NCBI GenBank assembly: GCA_951406725.2
Contig: OX597823.1
Coordinates: forward strand, 9,300,001 to 9,364,000
Source: Octopus vulgaris
Lineage: Eukaryota
Direction of reading: 5' to 3'
Length of the DNA: 64,000 nt
Part shown: positions 15,243-29,684 of the stretch, piece after piece
Layout of the letters: every line of letters begins with the position of its first letter
How positions within the stretch are numbered: the first letter of the stretch is position 1
The notes under the pieces: generated by a model
The model's input: the letters and a program-made list of their open reading frames with translations, nothing else
Database searches by the model: none
What the model was told of the DNA's origin: nothing
Translations under genes and position numbers: made by a program

Positions 15243-15620
15243 CCTTTCTTCTGTAGGCGCAAGAATTCGTTTTTGGGGGAGGAGACTTGTCGATTACATC
15301 GATCTCAGTGTTTCACTGGTACTTAATTTGTCGACCCCGAAAGGATGAAAGGCAAAATCGCCCTCCGTGGAATTTGAACTCAGAACGTAGCAGCAGACGG
15401 AATTACCTATTTCTTTACTACCCACAAAAAGCTAAACACAGAGATGACAAACAAGGACAGACAAAGGGATTAAGTCGATTATATCAACCCCAGTGCGCAA
15501 CTGGTACTTATTTAATCGACCCCGAAAGGATGAAAGGCAAAGTCGACCTCGGCGGAATTTTGAACTCAGAACGTAGCGGCAGACGAAATACCGCTAAGCA
15601 TTTCGTCCGGCATGCTACCG
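15243..15620 (-). mobile_element. SINE family B dimer (tail A unit + tail B unit), head truncated at (GAA)n
   Basis: Two copies of tcgaccccgaaaggatgaaaggcaaa with different tails. Confidence 0.88.
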
Positions 15621-15709
15621 AAGAAGAAGAAGAAGAAGAAGAAGAAGAAGAAGAAGAAGAAGAAGAAGAAGAAGAAGAAGAAGAAGAAGAAGAAGAAGAA
15701 GAAGAAGAA
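15621..15709. repeat. (GAA)n microsatellite
   Basis: Visible directly. Confidence 0.97.
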
Positions 15710-16240
15710 AGGCCACGAACTGGAGGGTCAACCTTAGGAATGAGCAAGGGACTCCGCTGTGCCACATCTGCAACAGAGTGGATGAAAGCATTGCCCATAT
15801 CACAAACGAATGCCCTAGACTTGCCCCAAACCCCTACAAGTTGTAGCGGCACGACCAGGTAGCGAAAATGCTACATTGGAAACGATGCGAAAAGTGGGGG
15901 GCTAGAGAGAGAGGTAAGACGCGGAATGAGCACAAATCGCAGAGAGTGGCGGAGTGGGAGACTAGGAAAATCCTCTGGGACACCCAATCCAAACAGATCA
16001 GTTACTAGAGCATAAAAGACCGGACCTAGAAGTGGTAGACAAGGTGCACCTCATACGCTATACAGTTCATGTTTATGGCCCTTTGACCCACGAATAGTCA
16101 AGAATGAAGGCGCCAAGATAGATAGATACAACGTTCTTAAGTACGAAATATCCCGGCTATGTAAAATGAAGAACATGAAGATAGGCCGCTACGCATGCAA
16201 GACTCCAGGAGCTTCAACAATTCCTGTGATAAAGAGAAAA
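15710..16240 (+). mobile_element. Decayed 3' fragment of an R4/Dong-type RLE non-LTR retrotransposon
   Basis: Manual translation PLCHICNRVDESIAHITNECPRLA...YKL*RHDQVAKMLHW...KILWD / QTDQLLEHKRPDLEVVDK: CCHC knuckle, RHD and RPD endonuclease motifs; ends at taataat. Confidence 0.85.
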
Positions 16241-16254
16241 TAATAATGATAATT

Positions 16255-16660
<406 letters not shown>

Positions 16661-16873
16661 CTTTCCTACTCTAGGTACAAGGCTCGAAAAGTTGGGGGAG
16701 GGGGCCAGTCGTTAGATCGACCCCAGTACGCACGTGGTACTTAAATTCATTGACCCTGGAAGGATGAAAGGCAAAGTCGACTTCGGCATAATTTGAACTT
16801 AGGAACGTAGCGACGGGCCAAATACCGCTAAGCACTTCGTCCAGCGTGCTAACGATTCTGCCAAGTCGCCGCC

Positions 16874-16876
<3 letters not shown>
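16661..16876 (-). mobile_element. SINE family B (tail type B)
   Basis: Second tandem copy separated from the first by (TAA)n. Confidence 0.9.
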
Positions 16877-16941
<65 letters not shown>

Positions 16942-16942
<1 letters not shown>

Positions 16943-17136
16943 TCCCAAGGTTTAAAACAAACTTTTTTTTAAAAATTTATGTATTAGAGGTTCACTAGTA
17001 GAACACAAAAAAAAACCCCAAATATATGGCACACTAGGCTTAACAACAACGTGAACTTCCAACCTGTTGTCTCTTGAGGTCTCTGCGTGAGACTTGGAGC
17101 CAACTTGTACAGACATAAAGCAAAAGTCAAACGTAG
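16942..17136 (+). mobile_element. Probable 3' UTR fragment of a Dong-like LINE in (TAA)n
   Basis: tgttgtctcttgaggtctctg..tgagac.tggagccaac...gcaaaagtcaa followed by a (TAA)n tail; second copy at ~39130-39246. Confidence 0.6.
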
Positions 17137-17992
17137 AATAATAATAATAATTTAAATGTTAACAATGTCTTACATCTGTGTAAATAATTATCTTTAAAAT
17201 CGTGTTCTGTGAATCGAACAAGAAGAAAATTATGAAAAAACAGATAATAAGACAAAGAAATTAGTAAAATACGCAATACCAGCAATCGTCAATTACCCAT
17301 TCATAATGTAAAATTGTGATGTTTTTTCCCAAACAATATGTACTTGAATAAATTACAGTCAATTTATTCGAAGCCAATACTTGGCTTCGAGAAACGTTTC
17401 ACTTTCCATAATCTTTACAGGGAATCAATCTATTCTACTTTCGAATGTTTACGATATACTGTTCGGCTCATTAGACAGACGAATTTCTTTTTTATTTAAA
17501 TGTAATTATTCGAGCACCAGCCAGTTAAGTGCGATGCCTTCTCCGTTTTGTTAGTGAGGCTTTTCCTCCAAAGTCCCTAAATAAATATCTCACTGAGGTC
17601 CTATTACAACTTTATTTCTTGCCTGATCTGATTTAATTGCCTGTAAATTCAACTTACTATATCCATATATTAAAATGTGTTGTATTTATTTAAGAATATA
17701 GTATTCGTTTAAACGTAAGTTACCCATAGATTACCTAAGTTCTGGTGAAATTATTCTCGAATTGTGGTTATCTTTTATAATCTCGTTTCTGTACATATAA
17801 TTCTGCTAGTTGTTGCTGAGATTTGGTTATTCTAATAGAATAGAATCTAAGATTAAATGTAATTCGTTCGTTTATCATTCCGTCTTTTGTCTATATCAAG
17901 AGCAAGATTGTTCGAAGCAAGCATCTTTATTCAAAACTTTCATGTAAATTTAGATGTTACTTCTCGTTGACTCTCTCTCTCTCTCTCTCTCT

Positions 17993-18035
<43 letters not shown>

Positions 18036-18818
18036 TTCTATCTTTCGTTAGTAATGATGTTAGCATTATTTATATTCATCTCAGATTGTGTAGCTATCAC
18101 ATCATTAATATTTTCCGCTGATAGCACATATTCCATTGTAGGTAACTAAATGGTCTTTCAAATCTATTTATATAACGTATCTTATATATATATATATAAC
18201 TAGACACATTCATACAATGTTGACGAATGTCATATTCTGCATGGCTATTTATTTATTCTATTGACCAGTTTGTAAGCTTTGATACTGAACTGCAATTATA
18301 AAGTCTTCCGTTTTTCCCCCGGGTTGGCGTTTTTCAGTTGTTGACAGCTATGCTTGCTGACATAATCTGATGTCTTTCCATTTCTTGCAAATGTGATTGA
18401 AAGCTGGTTTCCTTTTCCTTTGAGGTTTTGCTTTCGTCTCGAAGTCAACGTTTGATGTACATTCTTAAATCTTTTACTGTTCCTCTTATAAATGTGTATC
18501 GACGTGTGTGAATATGGTATCATTGTAGTGTTTTTTTCCAGCATCTTTTCTGAACACTTTATGTTTGAACTTCTTTGCATACGTCTCACTACGTTTAGGT
18601 ATATAGTTTGTTTTGCTTTAAATGTGACTTTGTTTTGAACTAGAAATACAAACATCAAAGTATTTCTACCTCTCACTTTATGCTTTAATACATTTTGGCT
18701 ATTACTATACATGCTACCAGGTTTACTTCCTTCCATGAACGGAATGGCCATGTGTTTATTTTATTTCATATAATGCATTGTTTTCTATTATATTATATAT
18801 ATTTTAAAAAGAATATTT

Positions 18819-18940
18819 CGTTTCTACTCTAGGCACAAGGACCAACATTTTAGGGAAGGGGGGCCAGTCAATTAGATCGACCCCAAATACCGCTAAGTAT
18901 TTCGCTTGGCCTGCTTACGTTTCAACCATCTCGCCGTCCT
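18819..18940 (-). mobile_element. SINE family B (tail B) with central deletion
   Basis: Tail and head joined directly; imperfect TSD ttaaaa(a/g)gaata(t/c)tt on both sides. Confidence 0.8.
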
Positions 18941-20355
18941 TTAAAAGGAATACTTTAACCCGTCTTTCAGTACTATTTATTTCGAGAAGGTAGCGGGCTG
19001 GATAAAATGCTTAGTTTCAATGCCATTCTGATGAATCTTTGGCATATGTGTTTTACTGTGGCCGCCAGTCGACCCGAGAACTGTGAGTTGCATCGTGTGG
19101 ACAAAGGATGTGTGAATGTCTATGGTATGAATTGCACCGTCAATCTAAAAGCACAGCCTTGCCACACAACTCTGTCGGGCCTGCTAAATAACTTGAAGAT
19201 TCGTAGTCTGATCAATAAATATCCGCACCGTTGCCAGAGTTCTCAATTCTTTGAATCAAAGAAGTGAGTTAATGAACTTATGTAGGCACGCGGCTAAATT
19301 TAAAATGTCGAATATAAATATACCATATGGATAGAGTATATATTTTGTATTTTGATTTTTTGATTTTGATTTTTTGATTTTGATTTTGACTCTTGAGCGC
19401 TACGACGGACCTATAGCAAAGTCTTATTGTTTCTACATATATATTAGGAAAAACCTACAAACTTTGTTTTCATGTTATTGTATTGCATAAGATTACCTTG
19501 ATTATTTATATTACCTTGATTATTTATAAATGACCCAAAATAGGATGTTATATTTTATTTTATATGTCTTTCGTATATATTTTTATTAATGCACCCATTT
19601 TTTAAAAGCAATGTTTTTTAAAAAAAAGCAATGTTGTCAAATTTAGAATGTTTATATAAGTTTGTGTATAGCAAAGCATATGTATTTGTAAGCATGCGTA
19701 TCTGTGTATGTGTAAGTGAAAGTATGCTTGTGCTTAAGCACGCATACACACGACGGTATGTATATGTATCAATTCAAACTTGTGTATGTATACTGGCCTC
19801 TATAGATGCCAATAATATCGCTACAAGTTTTTTCCCCACCCTCCTTCGTTCCTTTTTCTCTCTTTCCCTTTCTTTCGTTCCCCCTCCTTGCTCAGTATAT
19901 GAGAATTGCTACATAGATGAATTTTAGCTTGTGTGCGAGACGGTTTTGCGTGAATATATGTACACATGCTTTTATGTGTATAATTTAGATTCATATTCAT
20001 ACGTCTGTATATGTATGTATGGCGTTTACGCGCATCCTTTTGTGTATGTTGATATATATATATGTGGATTTTAATATAAATATGTATTGCAGTAATTATA
20101 ACAGGTTTAATTTCTATGCATTAATTTGTACTGTCTTCATTAACGGCAATAGGTTTTTTCCTCGGTTTTTTCCTCGGATTTTATAATTTTTATAAGTTTT
20201 TTTATATATATATACATATATTTTTGACCTTTTTGTTTATCGCTCGAAGATTGACCGTTTTTTCTAAAGGGCCAATCAAACAAGTCCATTTCTTTTTAAA
20301 GGTGAAGCGTTTGTAAGAGTATAGATTGAATTAATATATATGTTCCATTCTAGCA

Positions 20356-20402
20356 AAAACTGTCTGATGAACGGCAACGAGAAACTCAGAGTAACAGATT
20401 TT
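20356..20402 (+). ncRNA. Type I hammerhead ribozyme motif (near-canonical)
   Basis: Helix I CUGU/ACAG, CUGAUGA 20364-20370, helix II a-CG-GCAA-CG-a (closing A.A mismatch), GAAA, helix III ACUC-A-GAGU, GUA triplet with predicted cut after 20393. Confidence 0.65.
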
Positions 20403-20742
20403 GTTGAATTTTCTGCTGCTTAAAATAAAGCATATTACTCTACCACTGGTATTTGAGTACTCTTTTTTCCACCTTGTTTCACATTTATGTGTTTACTCCG
20501 GTATATATATATATATATACACATATATATACATAGCTACATACTCACAAAATATATTTGCCAGGCCAGGTTCTTCAGTGGGAAGCCTTCGTAATCCTAG
20601 ATGCACAAACTGTTAGAAGCACATGTAGATCTAACGGTTTGTATATCCTACCTTATCAAACCTCTGCGCAGACGCAAACCATACCCGGTGAACAGAGAGG
20701 ATGCCGGTAAAAGATTTACGAACAAATTTATCAAGCGATATT

Positions 20743-20989
20743 TAAACATAATCAAATAGGGTAATAACATAAAATATTATTACCAGTGGCCTAGCACAAA
20801 AGACGAATTAGGCATTAGACTATATATTTTTCGTGAATTTATCCCTTTTTGTGTTTCTAGCACTACGCTTCCTTATCTGGAAGCCTTTTATTATATTTCT
20901 ATACGAAAAATATATAGTCCAATGGCTAATTCGTCTTTTGCGCTAAGCCACTGGTAATAATAATTTATTTTACTACCCTATTTGATTAT

Positions 20990-20994
<5 letters not shown>
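20743..20994. repeat. Inverted repeat, ~92-bp arms with ~68-bp spacer
   Basis: 20743-20834 is the reverse complement of 20903-20994 with few mismatches. Confidence 0.9.
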
Positions 20995-21040
<46 letters not shown>

Positions 21041-21042
<2 letters not shown>

Positions 21043-21196
21043 AGTGGCTGTGTGGTAAGTAGCTTGCTAACCAACCACATGGTTCTGGGTTCAATCCCAC
21101 TGCGTGGCATCTTGGGCAAGTGTCTTCTGCTATAACCCCGGGCCGACCAATGCCTTGTGAGTGGATTTGGTAGACGGAAACTGAAAGAAGCCTGTC

Positions 21197-21234
<38 letters not shown>

Positions 21235-21455
21235 GTGTGTGTGTGTGGTTGTGTGTCTGTGTTTGTCCCCTAGCATTGCTTGACAACCGATGCTGGTGTG
21301 TGTTTACGTCCCTGTCACTTAGCGGTTCGGCAAAAGAGACCGATATAATAAGTGCTGGGCTTACAAAAAATAAGTCTCGGGGTCGATTTGCTCGACTAAA
21401 GGCGGTGCTCCAGCATGGCCGCAGTCAAATGACTGAAACAAGTAAAGAGTAAAGA

Positions 21456-21456
<1 letters not shown>
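21041..21456 (+). mobile_element. SINE family A, near full length, in (TA)n
   Basis: Matches the 44153 copy over its whole length. Confidence 0.93.
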
Positions 21457-21527
<71 letters not shown>

Positions 21528-22485
21528 GTGTGCATGTGCATGTGTCACTATGTTTGTGTGTGGTGGCGTATTGCTGTGCGTTTCTTTGGGAAAGCGTCAT
21601 TGATTTTTGCATGAAGTTGAAAAGAACAGATTTCATATGTGCTATTAATGCTACGAGTAATTCATAGAGATAAAAAAAAACGATGAAAGCTGCAAGAATG
21701 TAGCAGCCTCTTTGTTTTAGTTGCAGCTATTTTTATTTCATTTCCATCACCTGTGTTTAAATGAACGCTATTGTAAACAGCATGGCAGTGACGCGGCTTG
21801 AAATATTGTGATTCATGAATTTGAAACTCCTTTCTTGACGTGAAAAATCAATGCGTCCTTTGTGGATGACACTTAAAGGATCTTAGACCTCACTAAACTG
21901 ACGCAGACTTCCTTGAACTTCTAAACAAACTGGAACAGCTTGTATTTGATTTGCCGAAAGTCCTCATAAGAAATAAAGATATAAAAATAAAGGAATTGAA
22001 ATAAATAAATAAGACAAAACTAATTCACAATAAACGTCAAACAAAATACCTATATCTGAACTAAACGTTTACAACTGCTTTGGGGGTCGGCTGCCACCAA
22101 AATTAAATACTTCCTTCCTGTTGGTTTTCTTTTAAACGTTCTCGTTTAGATTGAGTTCGTTCCGCTGTTCTGTTTGTTGAATGAAGCTTTGAACCTAACT
22201 GGCAATAATCACGACCACCACGGCTACTGCCGCCGCAGCCGTCGGTGACAGCCATATCAGTAAGAGAAACGGCAACAACAAAAGTCACTGCTGTAAATGC
22301 AACAACAACAACAACATCTAAAGCAACAAGCAAGGTCAGAAACATCGGGAAAGGGGAAAGAAGTAGAAGAAAAAGAAAAAAAAAAACTTCAATGAGAGGA
22401 ACAACTATAGCAAAAACAGCAACAGCAACAACATCCAGAAGACGAAGAAGGAGAAAAAGAAGAAGGCGAAGAAGTAGAAAGAAAA

Positions 22486-22970
<485 letters not shown>

Positions 22971-23393
22971 TGGCATAGAGAAATAGAATTGCAACAACAA
23001 GAGTCAGAAAAAAAAAAAACGATAACCCCAACAGCAGCAACACCAAGAAAGCTAGAAAAGATCACAAGAAACAGTTGAAGGAAAAAATAATAATAAAAAA
23101 AAAAAATCTACTATTCCGTTATTTACCGGAAAACTGTGAATTTCGTCTGTTTGCTAATCTACTGTAAGCAACAATCTAAGATCAAACCATTTTTGCCGCC
23201 TCTCTCATGTCGTTTAACAATCTCTTTTCTTTTTACTTCACTGACGCCAAATTTTATAAATGTTTTGATTTGGGATACAGATTCATTCATCATCACTATC
23301 GATCACTATATATAATCTCGTTGTTGCTGTTCTGTTTGTGTCTGTTGATGGTGTTATCCGTCTGTCTTGATATATCTCTGCCGTCACAGTTTT

Positions 23394-23516
23394 TCTTCTT
23401 CTTCTTCTTCTTCTTCTTCTTCTTCTTCTTCTTCTTCTGAACGCTTGTCTCGATGTAATCAACTTAGACCCTTCCCCAAAATTGCTGGCCTTCTACCAAA
23501 CTTAGAAACCCTTCTA

Positions 23517-23547
<31 letters not shown>

Positions 23548-23680
23548 TTCTTCTTCTTCTTCTCCTTCTTCTCCTCCTTCAACTCCTCCTCCTCCACCTT
23601 CTCCCCCTCCTCCTCGTCGTCGTTGTCGTCCTCCTCCTTCTTCTTCTCCTCCCCTCCTCCTCATCCTCCCCCTCCTCCTT
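23394..23680. repeat. (CTT)n/(CCT)n microsatellites around a SINE B tail scrap
   Basis: Visible directly; tcgatgtaatcaac...ccccaaaattgctggcctt at ~23450-23500. Confidence 0.85.
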
Positions 23681-24527
23681 CTTGAACACCAACAACCACC
23701 GTTACGTTGTAGACGTTCGTATCTTATCTTAGTGATTTCTGTGACTTTTGAGTTGATCTGACTCTTATTTCTAGCAACACTGGCGCTGTTTAGCGCCCTT
23801 GTTTACTTCAGTGACGTATATATCTCTGCCTTTAGGTTGTAAAATTGCGAATTAGCCATCCATATTATTTATAATTCTCACACTACCGTTTATGAAATCA
23901 GCATATAATTTCAACGAAGATATTATACGCTGACAAGGCGAGATGATTTCAACCCTAGGCGCGGCGAGAGCTGGTGAATAGCATTAACATGCATTAAGCA
24001 TCAGAATGCGAAGTCATCGGTGATCTAGCTCTATCTGCGACCGTAGGGGCCTTGTCTCCCTTCTCAGCTAATTAAGATAGTGATTATTGCTCTTGTCTAC
24101 TTTAGTAACGTATACATTTCTGCCTCTAGGTTGTACAATTTCGAAATAGCCACCCAACTATATATAAGTTAAAAATTGTCTAAAGTCGTAAGACACCCGC
24201 TGTTTTTGTCCTGCTTACCATTCTTGTTTTTTATTTCTATTTTTTGTTTCTTGTATTTATATTCGTGTGGCATCCTGTCTTTGTTTTGTATACATTCGAT
24301 CCTCTTTCCAAGAAATCTAATGCCTGTGGCTTAGTTTTTCCTTGGGGTTGGCCGGTTCGGAGCGATATCGAGATTAAACAGCCGAAATTGCTAAGATGAT
24401 CCGGTTCCGACTGAAGATTAGAGGCTTCGAGAGACCCGTCTGTTTTTTTTTTTGTGTCGTCTCTTTGTGTGTTTTTGCGTTCTTGCCCCACTTTGTAATT
24501 TATATTTTATATTTAATTTCTATACAC

Positions 24528-24559
<32 letters not shown>

Positions 24560-24718
24560 GATCTATTTCTAGGATACGGCCGACTACCTAGCAGTCTTGC
24601 CGTGCCAATATACACATATACTAGAATTTTCTCTGATTTCTCAGATTTTTTGTATGTTAGACTACTGGTTTTAAATTGATATTAAAATTATTATTAATTT
24701 ATCTCCCTCATTATTTAA

Positions 24719-24808
<90 letters not shown>

Positions 24809-24846
24809 GGGTATATATATGTATGTGTGTGTGTGTGTGTGTGTGT

Positions 24847-24950
24847 GGAGACACATGGCCTAGTGGTTAGAGCAGCGGACTCTCGGTCGGGGGATCGTGG
24901 TTTCGAATCTCAGACCGGGCGGTGTGCGTGTTTATGAGCGAAAAAACACT
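24847..24950 (+). mobile_element. SINE family C head fragment
   Basis: ggagacacatggcctagtggttagagcagcggactc...tttcgaatctcagaccgggcg. Confidence 0.8.
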
Positions 24951-24980
24951 TGAGCACAACATCCAGTAATAATACTTCTA

Positions 24981-25197
24981 AGGTGGCGAACTAGCAGAAA
25001 CGTTATCATGGCGGGCGAAATGCTTAGTGCAATTTCATCCGTCATCGAGGTCTGAGTTCAAATTCCACCATGGTCGATTTTACCTTTGATCTTTTCATAG
25101 TTGAAAAAAATAATTACCAGTTGAGCACTGGTATCAGTGTAATCGACTTAGGTCCTCCCCTCCCAAATAGCTGGCTTTGCACCAAAATTTGAAATCG
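24981..25197 (+). mobile_element. SINE family B (tail B), diverged
   Basis: aggtggcgaactagcagaaacgtt head, tctgagttcaaattcc B box. Confidence 0.8.
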
Positions 25198-25239
25198 ATA
25201 TTCATACTGCATCTGTTATGATGATTAACTATGTGTATG

Positions 25240-25319
<80 letters not shown>

Positions 25320-25324
<5 letters not shown>

Positions 25325-26107
25325 TTACCCTTTGAACGGCAGATCGAGAAATTAATTTTTTGTAACTAAACTCTTTCAAACTTCTGACACTGGTAGAATG
25401 TGTCATATAAAACATCTTTTACTCTTAGTGTTGTGGAGAAAAGTTTGTAGTTTCAAAGTTATTTCGTGTTAAAGTAGTCATATTTCGGTAATTTCAACCA
25501 ATTAATGACGTGTATTCAACCGAAAAAAATTACGTTTGTATGAATAAAAGAGTGTATCTGAAGCATGTTTATTTCATGGCACCACCATAATCGTTCGTGC
25601 ATTTTTACTACTTTTAGTTCTTTTCCTGTTTTACAGCTACTATTTTCGGAAAGACATTTTGCCCCCTCCCCCTCGAATTTCTTCCTTTTTCACTTTTTCC
25701 CTAACTCAAGCCCTAACCCTAACCCTAACTCTTAAACCCCAACCCTAAAATCCTAACCCTAACCCTAACTCTAAAACTCTAACGCTAGCTCTAACTCTAA
25801 CCCTAAAACTATAAAGCTAAAACCAGTACAAACGCACTAACGATGTCATAAATAATAGTGACAAACGAAATATACACCGCCGATAGTTGTTGTTGACAAA
25901 CAACAGCAGTAATTTTATTCAGCTGAACGCGCGTCATTGATTGGTTGAAATCACCAAAATACAAGAACTTTAACACGAAATAACTTTCCCAACAACACTA
26001 AGAGTAAAAGTTATTTTAAATGACACATTTTACCAGTGACTGAACTTTGAAAGTGTTTAGTTACAAAAAATTAATTTCTCTGTGTGCCGTTCAAAGGGAA
26101 AAGATCC
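25320..26107. mobile_element. Non-autonomous DNA transposon (MITE-like) with ~200-bp TIRs and an internal degenerate (CCCTAA)n tract
   Basis: ccctttgaacggca... versus ...tgccgttcaaagggaaaagatcc; the arms are reverse complementary over ~200 bp; telomere-like repeats at ~25700-25810. Confidence 0.85.
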
Positions 26108-26151
26108 ATTTTTATAAAATCATTTTAGCATTTTCTATCTTGACTCTTTTC

Positions 26152-26283
<132 letters not shown>

Positions 26284-26307
26284 ATATATACATATATATA
26301 AATAAAA

Positions 26308-26364
<57 letters not shown>

Positions 26365-27411
26365 TTATATATTTATATATATATGTATGTATATATATAT
26401 ATGTATATATTCATATGTATATATGTATATATATATATATGTATGTATGTATATATATATATATATATATATGACTAAGTGTTATGAGTGTATAAGTTAT
26501 ATTGTTATATAAATATGTATATACTTGTATGTATATTCATATGCAAGTATAAATATATATACACACACATACAATTTATATATTTATGTGTTAATATAAA
26601 TATACAGGGACTTTAAGTGTCAAGAGTCGAACAATTAATATACTGCATACCTTCATTTTTATATTTTTTGGTATTTATTGTTGTTTAATGCATTTTATGA
26701 TTGTCAATGAAATAGAATAAATGAAAAGCATATTCTTTTTGATGAACCTTTACCCAACGCGTTATAAAGATTAGCAACGTCTATAAATTCTCATCGTAAT
26801 ACAGCTAAAATATATTTACAACTAGCCAATATCTATTTTATCTCTTTCTATTCAACAAGAGGATGGCACTCTCAGTTTTCACGCCAATAGGGTGTATTCA
26901 ACTTTTGACATTCTCTTTAAGAAAAGAACGTTTGGGATCTGTAAAAGTAGTCGTAACCCTGGCGGCAATGTAGCTGTCAGTTAGATATGTGTTCTGCATA
27001 GAACATTCTAACGCTGACTTTTATATTCTATTATTGTAACAAGTTTTTATTGGCTAAGATTTTACTTTTCTGCATTGCTTGTCGTTTTACAACACATTTG
27101 TACAACAGTCAAATCATAAATTAGAAGAGGCGTCTCCAGAGGACATTAGTTGTACAAATATATTCCAAACACAGAATAATACAAGTAGATACGCACGCAC
27201 ACAAACACAAACCCACATAACATCACAGGCAAAACAATTGTATAAATAACATACTTGGCATGTATAAATAAAACCAAATATATATAAAATGTATGGTGAA
27301 ATGCATGGATCAGAGTACGTGTATAAACAAAGGTATGTCTACACACTGAATTTGTATGTATGTATCTATGTATGTATACACACACACATATATATATACG
27401 CACATACACAC

Positions 27412-27460
<49 letters not shown>

Positions 27461-27485
27461 CATTTAGATATAAACACACACACAC

Positions 27486-27549
<64 letters not shown>

Positions 27550-28513
27550 ATATATACATACATATATTACACGCATGCATATATCTGTATGTATATATAA
27601 ATATAAATATATATATAAATATATTGAAGAATCACCATGTCTACTAACAAAGCGTTATATTTCACTTTGTGGTTCTGCATGGTGTCACGTGTGCGCTGAC
27701 ATTCGCGCGCTCACTGGGATACACACAGAAACAAGCTCAGAAACACACATAGAATCTATATACCCACTACATTCAATGCTGCTGTTGACGGTGGGGAACA
27801 AAACAGTCCCGCAATATCTACGACTTCTGCCATTGCCATCGCCACTACTGGATGTACTGCTTAAACCGTTACTACTGTTTGTAATAGTGCGGTTGGTACA
27901 GTATCTACACCTACTAATGCTATTATTATCACCACCACAATAACACTTCTCGCACGTATACTTAGCACACCTTAATATCAGCATCGCCAGTAACGAAAAA
28001 TATTCAACCGCTGTTAAAACAGTCACTACAGCTCTTGCGTCCCAGTAGCACCGCAGGCAGTCAAACAATAGAAGCAATTGGATTATTCAAGAAAAATATG
28101 TAAACTGTCAAGAATTCTTTCAAGAACGAGTAATGTAAATTAGTTCAATATATTTTCTCTTTCTATGCAGAACGAGTAAATCGTGGTAAACAACTGAAAC
28201 CGGAAGCATATTTTAATTAAATTGAAAATGTTTCTTTTTCTGTTTTATTTTTGTGATAAACCTAAAAAGTTTTCTACTGTTTCTGATATAAATGTACTCA
28301 TTTGAAACCTTTTGCATACAGTACAATAGAATAACAATAGAATACAATACGATACGTATACATACATACAAACATACATACTTACAAACAAAAATGCCCT
28401 GTTGTTGATGTTGAAATTCCAATGAAGGAATCTTGGATCTAGGTTAGAAACCGGTTCGTTTTCTATTGGCAAGAAATCTTGAAAAGAACTGAATAATGAC
28501 ATACATACATACA

Positions 28514-28547
<34 letters not shown>

Positions 28548-28548
28548 A

Positions 28549-29600
28549 ACATGAAGGTAAGTAAAAAATTATTTGTATTCTTGTTCCTGTAATTTATTAA
28601 AACAAAAGCAAAGTTGAACAATTACATTAGTTTTCAGTTACATTAGATTTCAATTACATCATTTCCTTTGCTTTTTGATGTAGTTCTTGTTGCTAGCCAC
28701 AAGCATATTTATTCCATCGAAGTGGAAGCTTTTCAGCTGGTTGCATAAGCATTTAAGTTTTCAAAGAGGTGATAGTCTGAAGTGGGAAAATCTGAACTGT
28801 ATGCAGGGTGTTCCCGTCCCTAAAGAAACATTGTGTCATTGTTTCAACCACGTGGGCGTTCTTATGTAGACTATATTGTTGGGCAACAAGAACACTTGCT
28901 TTGACAACAGGTCCCGGCGTTTGGTACGAATTGCATTTCACTGCAGCCTAACTGGTGATTGTAAACCCCTTTTTCCAGGTGATGTTCCAGTGTAAGCTTT
29001 TTAGCATCACATTTTTTTCTGCGGAAGTCTGTCTTGAATTTCTTTTTGCGATGGCAATTTGTTTTTTTCCATTCCACTCTGCATTTGGGATTCTGACTCA
29101 AAGTGATGAATCAAGTTCTTATCTCCTGTGACTACTATCTCAACATAATTCATTGCTTTCATTGTTGCGGCGGTCGAATAATCTCTGACAGTTCTCCACA
29201 CGATTGCACTTGGGCAATTTGGTAAGATCTCTTGGCGCCCATGTGCACACTGTCTTTACGGAAGCGAAGATTTTCGTGAATTATTTCTTGTGCAAAATTA
29301 TGAATAATTTGCAGAGAAAATGCTGCCTCATCGATGGTTACAAGCTAGCTGAATCTTCACATCGGTGTTGGACGTAGTTGGGTGCACTGCTCCCAATTTG
29401 TGCTTCTCAAGTGAGAAATCATTTTCAAACTTCTCCATCCATTTATACTCACGTCTACGCGATTGAGCGCTTTCCGTGTATTGCACTGAAAGCGTGTGAT
29501 AAAAGTGAACACGAGATACAGCTTCAGACCAGGAAAATCGGATCCCTGATTTCAGTTCTTCCTCGATGCACATATATCATTTGCAACACAGGAAAGAATA
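28549..29600 (-). mobile_element. Decayed mariner transposon
   Basis: ORF fragments CIEEELKSGIRFSWSE...SRRREYKWMEKFEN (HTH) and IVVTGDKNLIHHFESESQMQS (first catalytic D motif). Confidence 0.82.
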
Positions 29601-29621
29601 ATGAAGCGATATGTATATATG

Positions 29622-29684
<63 letters not shown>

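Noticed and set aside
24378-24460. GAAA...CUGAAGA arrangement in a (TA)-adjacent repeat-like segment
   Set aside because: Needs a 5-nt insertion and a bulge in the core; not a credible hammerhead by eye
25700-25810. Telomere or chromosome end
   Set aside because: Short, degenerate and internal to a TIR element
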